NCBI RefSeq assembly: GCF_000007185.1
Contig: NC_003551.1
Coordinates: 1,440,001-1,472,000, forward strand
DNA: 32,000 bases
Source of the DNA: Methanopyrus kandleri AV19
GTDB taxonomy: Archaea; JAADCQ01; Methanopyri; Methanopyrales; Methanopyraceae
Direction of reading: 5' to 3'
Position numbers and translations under genes: made by a program. This document shows, piece by piece, positions 1-7,993 of the stretch. The notes under the pieces are model-generated. The model was given only the letters and a program-made list of their open reading frames with translations, made no database searches and was not told the DNA's origin. Position 1 is the first letter of the stretch, and each line of letters starts with the position of its first letter.

Positions 1-72
1 CTCGGCCACGACCTCCAGGACTTGGACGTGCCGGCGCAGGGTTTCCAGCGCCTCCCTGAGCGACCGCAGCAC
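1..72 (-). CDS. 5' end of an unidentified CDS that runs off the window (partial)
   Basis: The minus-strand frame is open from a GTG (plus coords 70-72) to the window edge. It reads MLRSLREALETLRRHVQVLEVVAE, a composition like the real genes here; the complementary plus-strand reading looks antisense-like. Only 24 codons are visible, so no family call is possible. Confidence 0.25.
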   Translation of the reverse strand, partial: MLRSLREALETLRRHVQVLEVVAE

Positions 73-118
73 CCGCGGACCATCCCCTGCTCTGGGCTGT
101 CAAGTGTCACGATTGTGA

Positions 119-1096
119 CTACTTAAAATTTCCCGTCGGCAATTCGAACGGCTTTACCTCCACCCCCGCGTCGGTCTTCTTGGCACGCTCGTACGCCAAC
201 GCCCCGACGGCCACGTCGAGAATGGCGATTCCGGTCGAATCGAACACGGTCAACTCCGAGGAATCGACCTCGGTCTCTCCCCTCACCACATCCGAGAGTT
301 CGATGAGTTCCTCCGGGTTCAGCTCGCCCCGCTCCACGGGTTGGCTCACGTCTCCCGATTCGACGCACTGCTCGCGGTCGTCGACCACGACCACCGCGCG
401 CTTCAACAGCTCGGTCTTCACCTCCTGCTTCTCCGGAGCGTCCGCACCGATAGCGTTCACGTGGACGTCCTCCGGAACGTCCTCAGAGCCTAGGTAGGGC
501 TCGGTGGCGGGGGTGCATGTGCAGACGACGTCGACGTCCAGCCCCGAGAAGTCCAAATTGTCGAGTACCTTGGCGTCGACACCGAGGTCTCGCTCGACCC
601 ATTCGGCGAGCCTTCGAGCCGCCTCACGTGCCTGGTCGTACACGAACACTGCCTCAAGGTCGAAGACCTCCGCATGCGTGAGGAGCTGGTACCTCCCTTG
701 TACTCCCGCACCGACGATTCCGACCGTCCGCACGTCTTCGGCTAGGTACTTCGATGCTACCGCCCCGGCCGCTCCCGTCCTCAGCGATGTGATCTCCGTC
801 GCGCTGACCAGACAAAGTGGCCTCCCCGTTTCCGGCTCGATCAAGCACATGACCGCCATGACCGTGGGTAAGCCGCGATCGGGATTGTCGGGATGTGAGT
901 TGACGATTTTGACGCCTGCCACACCCAGCTCTGACAGATAAGCGGGCATCACTCTGAAGTCGCCGCCTTCCAGCGGTACGATAGTCTTCGGTGGCATCTC
1001 GCACTCGGGCTTGATCCGAAACGTCTCCTCGACACGTTCGACGACTTCTCTCACGTCGAGAAGCGCTCTGACGTGATCTTCCGAAAGGAACAGCAT
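119..1096 (-). CDS. Ornithine cyclodeaminase / mu-crystallin family NAD-dependent enzyme (OCD or archaeal-type alanine dehydrogenase)
   Basis: 325-aa ORF with ATG start. It has the Rossmann motif IVGAGVQGR, and its length and layout are typical of the OCD/mu-crystallin family. The exact substrate cannot be decided from sequence alone. Confidence 0.85.
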   Translation of the reverse strand: MLFLSEDHVRALLDVREVVERVEETFRIKPECEMPPKTIVPLEGGDFRVMPAYLSELGVAGVKIVNSHPDNPDRGLPTVMAVMCLIEPETGRPLCLVSATEITSLRTGAAGAVASKYLAEDVRTVGIVGAGVQGRYQLLTHAEVFDLEAVFVYDQAREAARRLAEWVERDLGVDAKVLDNLDFSGLDVDVVCTCTPATEPYLGSEDVPEDVHVNAIGADAPEKQEVKTELLKRAVVVVDDREQCVESGDVSQPVERGELNPEELIELSDVVRGETEVDSSELTVFDSTGIAILDVAVGALAYERAKKTDAGVEVKPFELPTGNFK

Positions 1097-1197
1097 GGTA
1101 GCCCCGGTAACGTAAAGACTCGATCATGCCTGGAAATCGTTTTCCGGAGTGCTTTGCTCGAAAGTTCGCGGTGGTTCGGGGATAGCGCTCCATCAGG

Positions 1198-2057
1198 TTG
1201 TCCGACGGCGTCACCGGGCTGCGGTGGCTGGTCCTGTACGTGCATTGATGTAGTCGCGATCAGCACCCTCGTTTAACCACTAGTAGAGGGGTAGTCACTA
1301 CTCGACTCCCTGTATTTCACGATCACCGTGATGAGCTCAGGCTACGGGACCCTCGTTCCCCGCACGGAGGCCGGTAAACTGTGGACGATGACGGTCACAC
1401 TGTTGGGCGCCGGCGCCATGTGATGGCTCGTCCTCGCCGCGGTCGAAATCGGTGTGAGAGGCGGACTTCGCGAGTTCCTATACGATATCGACCAAAGGAG
1501 GTGGTTACGGGCCGTGAGGGATCACGTCGTAGTGTGCGGGTTCGGACGCGTAGGGGCCCAGGCTGCCGGGCGGCTCCGCGCCCACGGGTTCGATGTAGTC
1601 GTGGTCGACACCAGCAAGGAGCGCGTGGAACGGGCGAGGCGTGAGGGGTTCGGTGTTCCCTACGGTCGAGGGGAACCTCACCGACCGTCGGACGCTGGAG
1701 CGTGCGGGTGTGGACAGGGCCAGGTTCGTGGTGGTTTGTACGGACTCGGACGAGACCAACGTGTACGTGACGCTGTTGGTCCGCAAGCTCAACCCCGACG
1801 CCCGGGTGATCGCTGTGGCCCGGGACCCGGAGAACGCCGATCTCCTCCCACATGCGGGGGCCGATGAGGTGGTCGACGCCTACCGGGTCGCGGGCGAGGA
1901 GGCCGTGGAACGTGTGCTGGCCGAACACTCGTTCACTGTGACTGTCAGGCACGATCTCGATGAGGTGGAGAAGGAGTGGCGCACGATCGCGTCGAGAACG
2001 GCGGTACGATCTTGGACGTACGTTTCCACGTCCCCGAGTCACCGGAGGAACCCATAG
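1198..2057 (+). pseudogene. Disrupted MthK-like K+ channel (2-TM pore module fused to RCK/TrkA-N domain)
   Basis: Frame 2 reads IDVVAISTLV-[TAA 1274-1276]-PLVEG-[TAG 1292-1294]-SLLDSLYFTITVMSSGYGTLVPRTEAGKLWTMTVTLLGAGAM-[TGA 1421-1423]-WLVLAAVEIGV...RDHVVVCGFGRVGAQAAGRLRAHGFDVVVVDTSKERVERARREGFGV. The TrkA-N reading then continues in frame 0 from about 1658 (PTVEGNLTDRRTLERAGVDRARFVVVCTDSDETNVYVTLLVRKLNPDARVIAVARDPENADLLPHAGADEVVD). A TM1-like LRWLVLYV lies in frame 1 before about 1243. Order is pore helix, GYG filter, inner helix, then GxGxxG Rossmann. Confidence 0.7.
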
Positions 2058-2305
2058 TGAAGGAGCTTCCGGTAGAGTCGCCCGAGGATCTCCAGCGTCG
2101 GAAGGAGTTACTAGGAACCTCGGAGGAGTTCAGGTCGATGGCGGAGGCCCTTCACGAGCTGTGTCGAGGGGCACATTCACACAGGGTGTTCGTCGCGGAC
2201 CCGAGCGATAAAGAGAGGATCGTGAAGGAACTCGAGAAGCTGGGCTTCCTGATCGGCGTCGACCTGTCCCACGAGGAGGTATTGGACCGGACCTTTCGGA
2301 ACTAA
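1976..2305 (+). CDS. Small acidic protein of unknown function (possibly the detached C-terminal lobe of the disrupted RCK domain)
   Basis: 109-aa ORF with GTG start. A GAGGTG Shine-Dalgarno-like string sits 8 nt upstream. Its acidic E/K/L-rich composition is like the bona fide genes here. It lies in the same frame as the N-terminal part of the channel relic. No motif recognised. Confidence 0.45.
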   Translation: MAHDRVENGGTILDVRFHVPESPEEPIVKELPVESPEDLQRRKELLGTSEEFRSMAEALHELCRGAHSHRVFVADPSDKERIVKELEKLGFLIGVDLSHEEVLDRTFRN

Positions 2306-2811
2306 ACCGGCGGTGCCAGCGCCAGTTCCCGTCTCTTCTTGAACACACCCAGGAGTTCGAAGATGACGACACCGAGCGTCGTCGCCAAGCCCACACCGGA
2401 CACCAAAAAACCCGCAGGTCCCGCCTCTGAGGATCGTGCGATCGGTGCGAGCGACCACGAGATCCCCTTCGGGCCCAGAAGCACGTAGGCCTCCAGTCCG
2501 TACGACTTCAGCGAGAAGGGGAACATCGCGGGAACACCGGTCCCCGCCCCTTTCATCCCGGCTAAAGCGTCACAAAGTAGGTGAAACGTGTACAGGGCCA
2601 GAACGAGCCCCGTCCTCAGCCCGGCCGCGTACGCGGTGGCTACACCCGCCAGCAACGCGACGGGTGAGTGGAGTATCCACCGATACCGAAGGAGGTGATC
2701 GAGGTCGATCGCCACGTTTATTCCAAAGGCGTACATCAAGGACGTGCGGACGGGGTACCCGGCCGCCCGTGCCAGTGCGTACGAAGCCGCCACATGGAAC
2801 ACGGGGTCCAA
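2302..2811 (-). CDS. Polytopic membrane protein, YdjM/DUF457-like (membrane-bound metal-dependent hydrolase family)
   Basis: 169-aa ORF with TTG start and several hydrophobic helices. Motifs H6, IDLDH, HSP, FHLLCDAL and MFPFS resemble the His/Asp pattern of the DUF457 family. The family assignment is from memory only. Confidence 0.65.
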   Translation of the reverse strand: MDPVFHVAASYALARAAGYPVRTSLMYAFGINVAIDLDHLLRYRWILHSPVALLAGVATAYAAGLRTGLVLALYTFHLLCDALAGMKGAGTGVPAMFPFSLKSYGLEAYVLLGPKGISWSLAPIARSSEAGPAGFLVSGVGLATTLGVVIFELLGVFKKRRELALAPPV

Positions 2812-2849
2812 GGGAACTCCCCCGAGGGGTTCGTGACTTGTCGGCGATC

Positions 2850-4322
2850 ATGTTCGTCGGTACGGCCTCGAACTCCGGTAAGTCGTTCTTGGCGGCGGTT
2901 ACATGCGCCTACCTGCGTCAGCGTGGCGTAGACGTGGCTCCGTTCAAATCCCAGAACATGTCGCTGAACTCGTGTGTGGCCAAGGAGAACGGAGAAATCG
3001 CCGTCGCCCAGGCGTTCCAGGCCGCGATGGCCGGTCAGGAACCATCGATTCACCATAACCCCGTGCTCCTCAAGCCCAAGGGGGAGCTCCGCTCGGAAGT
3101 CATCGTCCACGGGAAGCCCATCGGGACGATGTCGTACCGCGAGTACCGGGAGATCGTCTTCGAAGATCCCTGGCAGGCCGTCTTGGAATCCGCGGAAATC
3201 CTCTCGGAGGAGCACGAGGTCATCGTCGCCGAGGGGGCGGGGTCACCCGCGGAGATCAACGTCCTGGACACCGATATCGCGAACCTTCGGGTGGCCGAAG
3301 CCCTGGGCGCGGACGTGATCCTGGTCGCGGACATCAGTAGGGGTGGAGCCTTCGCGGCCGTCTACGGCACGATCGAGCTCTTACCGGAGCGATGGCGACG
3401 ACTGATCAAGGGCTTCCTGTTCAACAAGTTCCTCGGCGATGAGTCCCTCCTCGAGCCGGGGATCAAGGAGCTGGAGCGCCGCTTGGGCGTACGTTACCTC
3501 GGCACAGTGCGTCACGTCGGGGACTTCTGGATGCCTTGGGAAGACTCGGAGGCACTCGACACCCACTCCCCCGGGCGCGGTTCCGTACGGATCGCGGTCA
3601 TCAGGTTGCCCCGAATTTCCAACTTCACCGACTTCGAGCCCCTCGCGATGGAGCCGGACGTGAGGGTGGAGTTCGTGGACCCCAGGGACAACCTCCCGGA
3701 GGATGCGGACGCGGTGATCCTCCCCGGCACCCGCACCACCATCTCCGACCTCGAAGAACTTCGAAAACGCGGGATGGACGAGGAGGTAGTTCAGGCGGCC
3801 GATGAGGGTACTGTGGTGCTGGGGGTGTGCGGCGGGTACCAGATGCTCGGCAGGGAGCTCGTCGACGAGTCGGGGGGCGAGCTCGACCCGGGGGAGTCGG
3901 TCCCGGGGCTCGGACTTCTCGACGCCGTGACCGTGTTCCCGAGCGACGCCGGCAAGGTGACGGTGCGATCGGAGGGAGTCGTGAACCATCCGCACCTCCG
4001 CGGCATCCGCGTGGAGGGGTTCGAGATCCATGAGGGACGGACGTACACCGACGAACCCCACTTGGTCCGTTTACGATCAGGGTACGGAAACAGAGGCTGT
4101 TTTCTCGATGGAGCATACCGCACCGATCGGCCTGTTCTCGGGACCTACTTACACGGGATATTCTTCAACCGGCGCTTCCGCCACGAGTTCCTCAGATGGG
4201 TATCCGGGGGTAGGTGGAAGCCCCCCGAGCGGGACGTAGTTCGAGAGGCGGTGAAGCGGAACCTTCAGGTCGCCCTAGAGATCGTCGAATCGACGGATCT
4301 TCCGGAGCTCCTGGGGGAATAA
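2850..4322 (+). CDS. cobQ: Cobyric acid synthase (CobQ/CbiP)
   Basis: From ATG 2850 it reads MFVGTASNSGKSFLAAVTCAYLRQRGVDVAPFKSQNMSLNS. It has the N-terminal DTB-synthetase-like ATPase P-loop and a C-terminal glutamine amidotransferase with VLGVCGGYQMLG and YLHGIF. The listed ORF extends upstream to 2436 as Arg/Pro-rich non-coding-like sequence. TTG 2838 is an alternative start. Confidence 0.9.
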   Translation: MFVGTASNSGKSFLAAVTCAYLRQRGVDVAPFKSQNMSLNSCVAKENGEIAVAQAFQAAMAGQEPSIHHNPVLLKPKGELRSEVIVHGKPIGTMSYREYREIVFEDPWQAVLESAEILSEEHEVIVAEGAGSPAEINVLDTDIANLRVAEALGADVILVADISRGGAFAAVYGTIELLPERWRRLIKGFLFNKFLGDESLLEPGIKELERRLGVRYLGTVRHVGDFWMPWEDSEALDTHSPGRGSVRIAVIRLPRISNFTDFEPLAMEPDVRVEFVDPRDNLPEDADAVILPGTRTTISDLEELRKRGMDEEVVQAADEGTVVLGVCGGYQMLGRELVDESGGELDPGESVPGLGLLDAVTVFPSDAGKVTVRSEGVVNHPHLRGIRVEGFEIHEGRTYTDEPHLVRLRSGYGNRGCFLDGAYRTDRPVLGTYLHGIFFNRRFRHEFLRWVSGGRWKPPERDVVREAVKRNLQVALEIVESTDLPELLGE

Positions 4323-4324
4323 GG

Positions 4325-4906
4325 GTGGATCTCGATCGGTTGAAGGTAAGTTCCTTCGAGCGCGTAACCCGACCTATCGAGCCGAAGGATTCGGGTCTGA
4401 TCACGGAACGACTGGGGTTACTCCCGGGCCATCGCGTGTTCGAATCGGGCGTCGGATCCGGGTTCCTCACGGCCTCCATGGCCCGGATAGTCTACCCCGA
4501 GGGTGAGGTAGTCGGGATCGAGATCGATACCAGGAAGCTCGAGAAGGCCCGGGAGAACCTCGAGCAGCTGGGGAAAGTCTACGAAAAGAGCGTGACGTTG
4601 AAGCACGGTGACGCTCGGGAGTACCTCGAAGGACTGGAAGACGAGTTCGATGCGATGGTGTTGGACCTACCCGAGCCCGACCGCGTACTGGAAGTGGGAT
4701 TGGACGCCCTTAAATCGAACGGGAAGGTCGCGGTGTTCTGCCCGTTTTTCGAGCAGGTGAGGGCCGTCTGGCAGGTTTTGGAGGATCGATGCACCTGGCT
4801 GGAAGCCGTCGAACTGATCGAGCGAAAACTCCAGGTGGAAAAGCGTGGGATTCGACCCGGTCGTACCCTGGGTCACACGGGGTTCATAGTCTTCGGTAGG
4901 GTCTGA
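4325..4906 (+). CDS. trmI: SAM-dependent methyltransferase, tRNA (adenine-N1) methyltransferase TrmI/GCD14-like, short form
   Basis: GTG 4325 lies 2 nt after the cobQ stop. Motifs: PKDSGLITERLGLLPGHRVFESGVGSGFLT (SAM motif I), FDAMVLDLPEP, and NGKVAVFCPFFEQV. Only about 193 aa, so the N-terminal beta domain of canonical TrmI is absent. Confidence 0.75.
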   Translation: MDLDRLKVSSFERVTRPIEPKDSGLITERLGLLPGHRVFESGVGSGFLTASMARIVYPEGEVVGIEIDTRKLEKARENLEQLGKVYEKSVTLKHGDAREYLEGLEDEFDAMVLDLPEPDRVLEVGLDALKSNGKVAVFCPFFEQVRAVWQVLEDRCTWLEAVELIERKLQVEKRGIRPGRTLGHTGFIVFGRV

Positions 4907-4990
4907 TTCCTCATCTCGGGACGGTCCACCAGTTCTCCTGGCCTTTTCATGAGCCATAATCAGTCGGGATGTTCGAGGTGGGGAAGTGGG

Positions 4991-5806
4991 TCAGAACCGC
5001 ACGCCCGCGAGTCTCAGCACCTCCTCTTCTTCGAGCGGTTGAGGTACGACACCTTCCGTCTCGAGCATCCTGTGCGCAAGCTCGCGGAACGCCTCTGCCG
5101 CGTCCGAATCCGGAAACTCCCTGATCACGGTACGGTACCGCGACTCAGCCTTCCGCACCTCTTCCATGTAAAACAGATCGTAAATCAGCTCGGCTCGGAT
5201 TCGCCGGCAGAACTCGGTCACCACTCTAGAATCCGAGTCTCGGGAGCGCCGGTTATGGATAACCCCACCGAGTTTCGCGCCCCCTCGATCGGCGTACTCG
5301 GCGATCCCGCGGCAGATGTTGTTGGCGGCGTATAGGGACATCGGTTCACTGGATGTAACCACGAAAACGGTATCCGCGTAGCCTCGGCGGATCGGTAGGG
5401 CGAATCCACCGCACACCACGTCACCGAGCACGTCGAAGATCACCACGTCGACGTCCTCGAACGCCCCCATTCTAGTCAACATCTCGAGGGCCTTCAGCAC
5501 ACCGCGCCCCGCGCATCCGACCCCGGGCTTCGGCCCACCGGACTCGACGCACAAGACCCCGAAATCACCTTCGACGATGATGTCCTCGAGCTTCAGGCCT
5601 TCCCCTTTCCTCCGATACTCGTGCATCACCGTGGGAATCCTACGTCCAGCGAGCGTCAGGGTCGAGTCCGCCTTTGGATCACATCCTACCAGCATGACCC
5701 GATAACCTTCCTCGGCCAGGGCTGCGGCCACGTTCGCCGCGATCGTGGATTTCCCTATCCCGCCCTTCCCGTAGACGGCGATCCTTTTCAAGCGCTGTCG
5801 CCCCAC
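4991..5806 (-). CDS. cfbC: NifH/BchL-family Fe protein, most likely Ni-sirohydrochlorin a,c-diamide reductive cyclase component CfbC (F430 biosynthesis)
   Basis: IAVYGKGGIGKST P-loop. Cluster-ligand cysteines sit in VGCAGRG and DVVCGGFA. No nifDK is adjacent. The start is GTG 5806, or the internal TTG 5791, which gives the classical MKRIAVYGKGG N-terminus. Confidence 0.85.
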   Translation of the reverse strand: MGRQRLKRIAVYGKGGIGKSTIAANVAAALAEEGYRVMLVGCDPKADSTLTLAGRRIPTVMHEYRRKGEGLKLEDIIVEGDFGVLCVESGGPKPGVGCAGRGVLKALEMLTRMGAFEDVDVVIFDVLGDVVCGGFALPIRRGYADTVFVVTSSEPMSLYAANNICRGIAEYADRGGAKLGGVIHNRRSRDSDSRVVTEFCRRIRAELIYDLFYMEEVRKAESRYRTVIREFPDSDAAEAFRELAHRMLETEGVVPQPLEEEEVLRLAGVRF

Positions 5807-5814
5807 GATCCGGG

Positions 5815-6627
5815 GTGAGATTCGTGAGGAAGGAAATCACCGTGGTCGTAGTGATCGCCGTTATAGTCCTCCCGGCGGCCGGGTACTACGAGGTCAACTA
5901 CGGACGGGGCTCGGTCGAACGGCCCGTGGTGACTTACGGGGAAACTACGTGGAGGACTGAGCTTCCCACCGCGGTGGAACTGTTTAAGGAGGTCGGGGTT
6001 GATCCGACGAGGTTCCACAGGACGATCGTGACGGCCGAAGAAACCAACCGAGTGGCGGCGGAGGTCACCGGACGTAGGTACACTCCCTCCCAGATATACA
6101 GCTGTGCCACTGTCACACCGTACGACGAGCCACCGCGGCGCTATCAGGAGGTCGAGGGGTACCGCATCTACGTGGGCCCCGAGATCACGGTGTGTAAACC
6201 GGAGACCTACGCCGAAGCCCTGGCGTCGATAGGCGCACCTCCCTGCTGCGTGACCATCCGTAGCCCCGTTCGGGCCACGGGCGAGGCGGCCCTCGCCGGA
6301 GTGTACAAGGCTATGAGGGAGGCTGGTGTGGAGATCACCGACCGCGACGCCAGGTTCTCCCAGGCGGTGCTCGAAGCCGTGAAGGGGGCCGGGGACGATC
6401 CTCGAAGGCGGGCGGCGGCCGTGACTGTGGTCGTAGTGTGCGTGTTCCGAGGTGCCGACGATCCGCAGAAGGCGAGAGACGTTCAGGACGAGGTCGAGAA
6501 CGTCTACGGGGTGAACCTACCGCCCGAGACCGCGGTTCACGCCGCACAGGCGGCGAAGTTGGCCGAGGAAGGGGCGGAGTACTCCTGGTGGTGGCTCTTC
6601 AAGAGACTCCTGGCGTACTGGATCTGA
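5815..6627 (+). CDS. Hypothetical membrane-anchored protein
   Basis: 270-aa ORF with GTG start (GTG 5824 is an alternative). It has an N-terminal hydrophobic helix ITVVVVIAVIVLPAAGYY and an aromatic/hydrophobic C-terminal tail YSWWWLFKRLLAYWI. No motif recognised. Confidence 0.6.
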   Translation: MRFVRKEITVVVVIAVIVLPAAGYYEVNYGRGSVERPVVTYGETTWRTELPTAVELFKEVGVDPTRFHRTIVTAEETNRVAAEVTGRRYTPSQIYSCATVTPYDEPPRRYQEVEGYRIYVGPEITVCKPETYAEALASIGAPPCCVTIRSPVRATGEAALAGVYKAMREAGVEITDRDARFSQAVLEAVKGAGDDPRRRAAAVTVVVVCVFRGADDPQKARDVQDEVENVYGVNLPPETAVHAAQAAKLAEEGAEYSWWWLFKRLLAYWI

Positions 6628-6699
6628 CCTCCCCGTCCCGAAGGACGACACCTTTAGGGCTTCGCAAGGACAACGTGAGCTCACCAGGAAGAAACAAAG

Positions 6700-6716
6700 A
6701 AAAAAGTGTTTAAGAG
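6700..6716 (+). promoter_or_regulatory. Candidate TATA-like element upstream of nadE
   Basis: AT-rich AAAAAGTGTTTAAGAGA in an otherwise GC-rich intergenic region. Its centre is about 37 nt upstream of ATG 6749, and AGGGGT (Shine-Dalgarno-like) lies between them. Confidence 0.3.
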
Positions 6717-6748
6717 ACAGTTTTGGAGTGAATCCCCAGGGGTAACCG

Positions 6749-7603
6749 ATGGCAAAGTACGAACCGGTCATACCGGAGCTCGAGGTGAATCCTGAGGGGG
6801 AAGTGAGCAAGATAGCGGAGTTCCTCCGGGGGAAGTTCGAGGAGGCCGGTCGGGAGATCGCGGTAGTGGGTTTGAGCGGCGGAGTCGACTCATCTACGAC
6901 CCTCGGACTCGCGGTCGAGGCGCTAGGCCGGGAGAACGTGGTAGCGCTGATACTACCGGAGCGTGACACCCCAGAGGAGGACGTTGAAGACGCCGTGGAA
7001 GCCGCGGAACGGTTCGGTGTCGAGTACCACGTCCACGACATCACCGAGGTCCTGCGAGCCTTCGGCACCGGTTCATATGTCCCCTGTCACCCGTTCAGCC
7101 GCAAGAGCGACGCTAACCTCAAACCGCGGGTCCGTATGTGCGTACTGTATTATTTCGCGAACGAGCTCGACGGTCTCGTCCTGGGTACCGGCAACCGTAC
7201 GGAGTGGCTCACGGGGTACTTCACCCTGCACGGAGACGGCGCCTGCGACGTGGCCCCGATCAGGCACCTTTACAAGACGCAGGTTTACGTGATAGCCGAG
7301 CATCTCGGCGTGCCGGAGCGCATCGTGGAGGAGAAGGAACCCTCGGCGCGGCTCTGGCCCGGCCAGACCGATGAGGGTGAACTCGGGATCGATTACCCCA
7401 CGCTCGATGCCCTCCTGTACGCGCTCGTCGACGAGGGTCTAGGGCCTCGGAAGGCCGTCGATTGGCTCGGGGAGCGGGGCGTAGAGGCGACGGAGGAGGA
7501 CGCCGAAAAGGTCCTGGACCTTGTGCGAAGTTCCTCGTTCAAGCGACGGCCGGCTCCTGGTCTGGACTTGCCCGAGCCCGAGGATCCTGCGATGTCGGGG
7601 TGA
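6749..7603 (+). CDS. nadE: NH3-dependent NAD+ synthetase
   Basis: 284-aa ORF with ATG start after AGGGGT. PP-loop SGGVDSS in VVGLSGGVDSSTT, and the downstream GTGNRTEWLTGYFTLHGDG motif typical of NadE. Confidence 0.9.
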   Translation: MAKYEPVIPELEVNPEGEVSKIAEFLRGKFEEAGREIAVVGLSGGVDSSTTLGLAVEALGRENVVALILPERDTPEEDVEDAVEAAERFGVEYHVHDITEVLRAFGTGSYVPCHPFSRKSDANLKPRVRMCVLYYFANELDGLVLGTGNRTEWLTGYFTLHGDGACDVAPIRHLYKTQVYVIAEHLGVPERIVEEKEPSARLWPGQTDEGELGIDYPTLDALLYALVDEGLGPRKAVDWLGERGVEATEEDAEKVLDLVRSSSFKRRPAPGLDLPEPEDPAMSG

Positions 7604-7621
7604 AGAGGGAGTTCGAGCCGT

Positions 7622-7993
7622 ATGGAGAAGGTAGTCCTAGAGTTCGGATGTGAGTTCGGCGCGCGCCTATGGGTAATCCAGCAGGTGATCTGCATCCTCG
7701 TTTCATCACTAGTGATACCCATACTCGCCCACCACACGGTCCGCGCCGTGCGACGCCACGACCTCGACTGTGCGCTGGCCAGCTTCGGGATGCTCCTACT
7801 GATACTGGCCGCCGGCGTAATCACCCCTCTGAACACCCTCCTCCACCTTTATTCTCCTCCCCGCATCAAGTGGGGCATCATCCTCTGGACGTACATCGGA
7901 TCGCTCGGAGCAGGGATGGTGACGTTCGGCATGGGTATGTTCAAAGTCCTCACCAGACGGCCCGCCGCCCCGTTCGGGGGCGAGAGGAGTTGA
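7622..7993 (+). CDS. Small integral membrane protein (3-4 predicted helices), unknown function
   Basis: 123-aa ORF with ATG start 18 nt after the nadE stop. Hydrophobic stretches include ICILVSSLVIPILA, FGMLLLILAAGVITPL and WGIILWTYIGSLGAGMVTFGMGMF. The overlapping frame (7669 onward) is Arg/Pro-rich junk until 7990. Confidence 0.6.
   Translation: MEKVVLEFGCEFGARLWVIQQVICILVSSLVIPILAHHTVRAVRRHDLDCALASFGMLLLILAAGVITPLNTLLHLYSPPRIKWGIILWTYIGSLGAGMVTFGMGMFKVLTRRPAAPFGGERS

Noticed and set aside
106-119. Short palindromes in intergenic DNA (GTCACGATTGTGAC at 106-119; perfect GTGAGCTCAC at 6675-6684)
   Set aside because: They are only 5-bp arms or a single 10-bp palindrome, which is expected by chance in 32 kb. 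They could be operator sites, but there is no second copy or other support.
1421-1423. In-frame TGA in the channel gene as a possible selenocysteine codon (Methanopyrus is a Sec-using lineage)
   Set aside because: The same gene also has in-frame TAA and TAG codons plus frameshifts. The position is in a TM/linker region with no redox Cys/Sec context. Pseudogenisation is the simpler explanation.
2436-2849. Long N-terminal extensions of listed ORFs (cobQ 2436-2849; also 4214-4324, 7669-7989, 9720-9776, 14535-14879, 15260-15601, 17527-17682)
   Set aside because: The extensions are Arg/Pro/Gly-rich, overlap neighbouring genes, and precede the point where the family N-terminal motifs begin. Internal ATG/GTG/TTG starts with Shine-Dalgarno-like strings fit better.
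2942-2952. tRNA T-loop-like strings (GTTCAAATCCC at 2942-2952; GTTCGAATCGGG at 4438-4449)
   Set aside because: Both lie inside well-supported CDSs (cobQ, trmI-like). Neither has flanking acceptor, D or anticodon stem complementarity that I could fold by eye.
3381-4061. Other long antisense ORFs (3381-4061 minus, 13348-14100 plus, 24201-24809 minus, 26892-27581 minus, 23137-23898 minus)
   Set aside because: Each is antisense to a gene with clear family motifs (cobQ, valS, nfi/top5, top5/desulfurase, kptA). Each has the skewed Arg/Pro/Ser/His composition of non-coding frames.
4991-5806. NifH homolog as evidence for nitrogen fixation
   Set aside because: No nifD/K/E/N genes are nearby. In methanogens a stand-alone NifH-like protein is the CfbC component of F430 biosynthesis. 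This cannot be settled without phylogeny.
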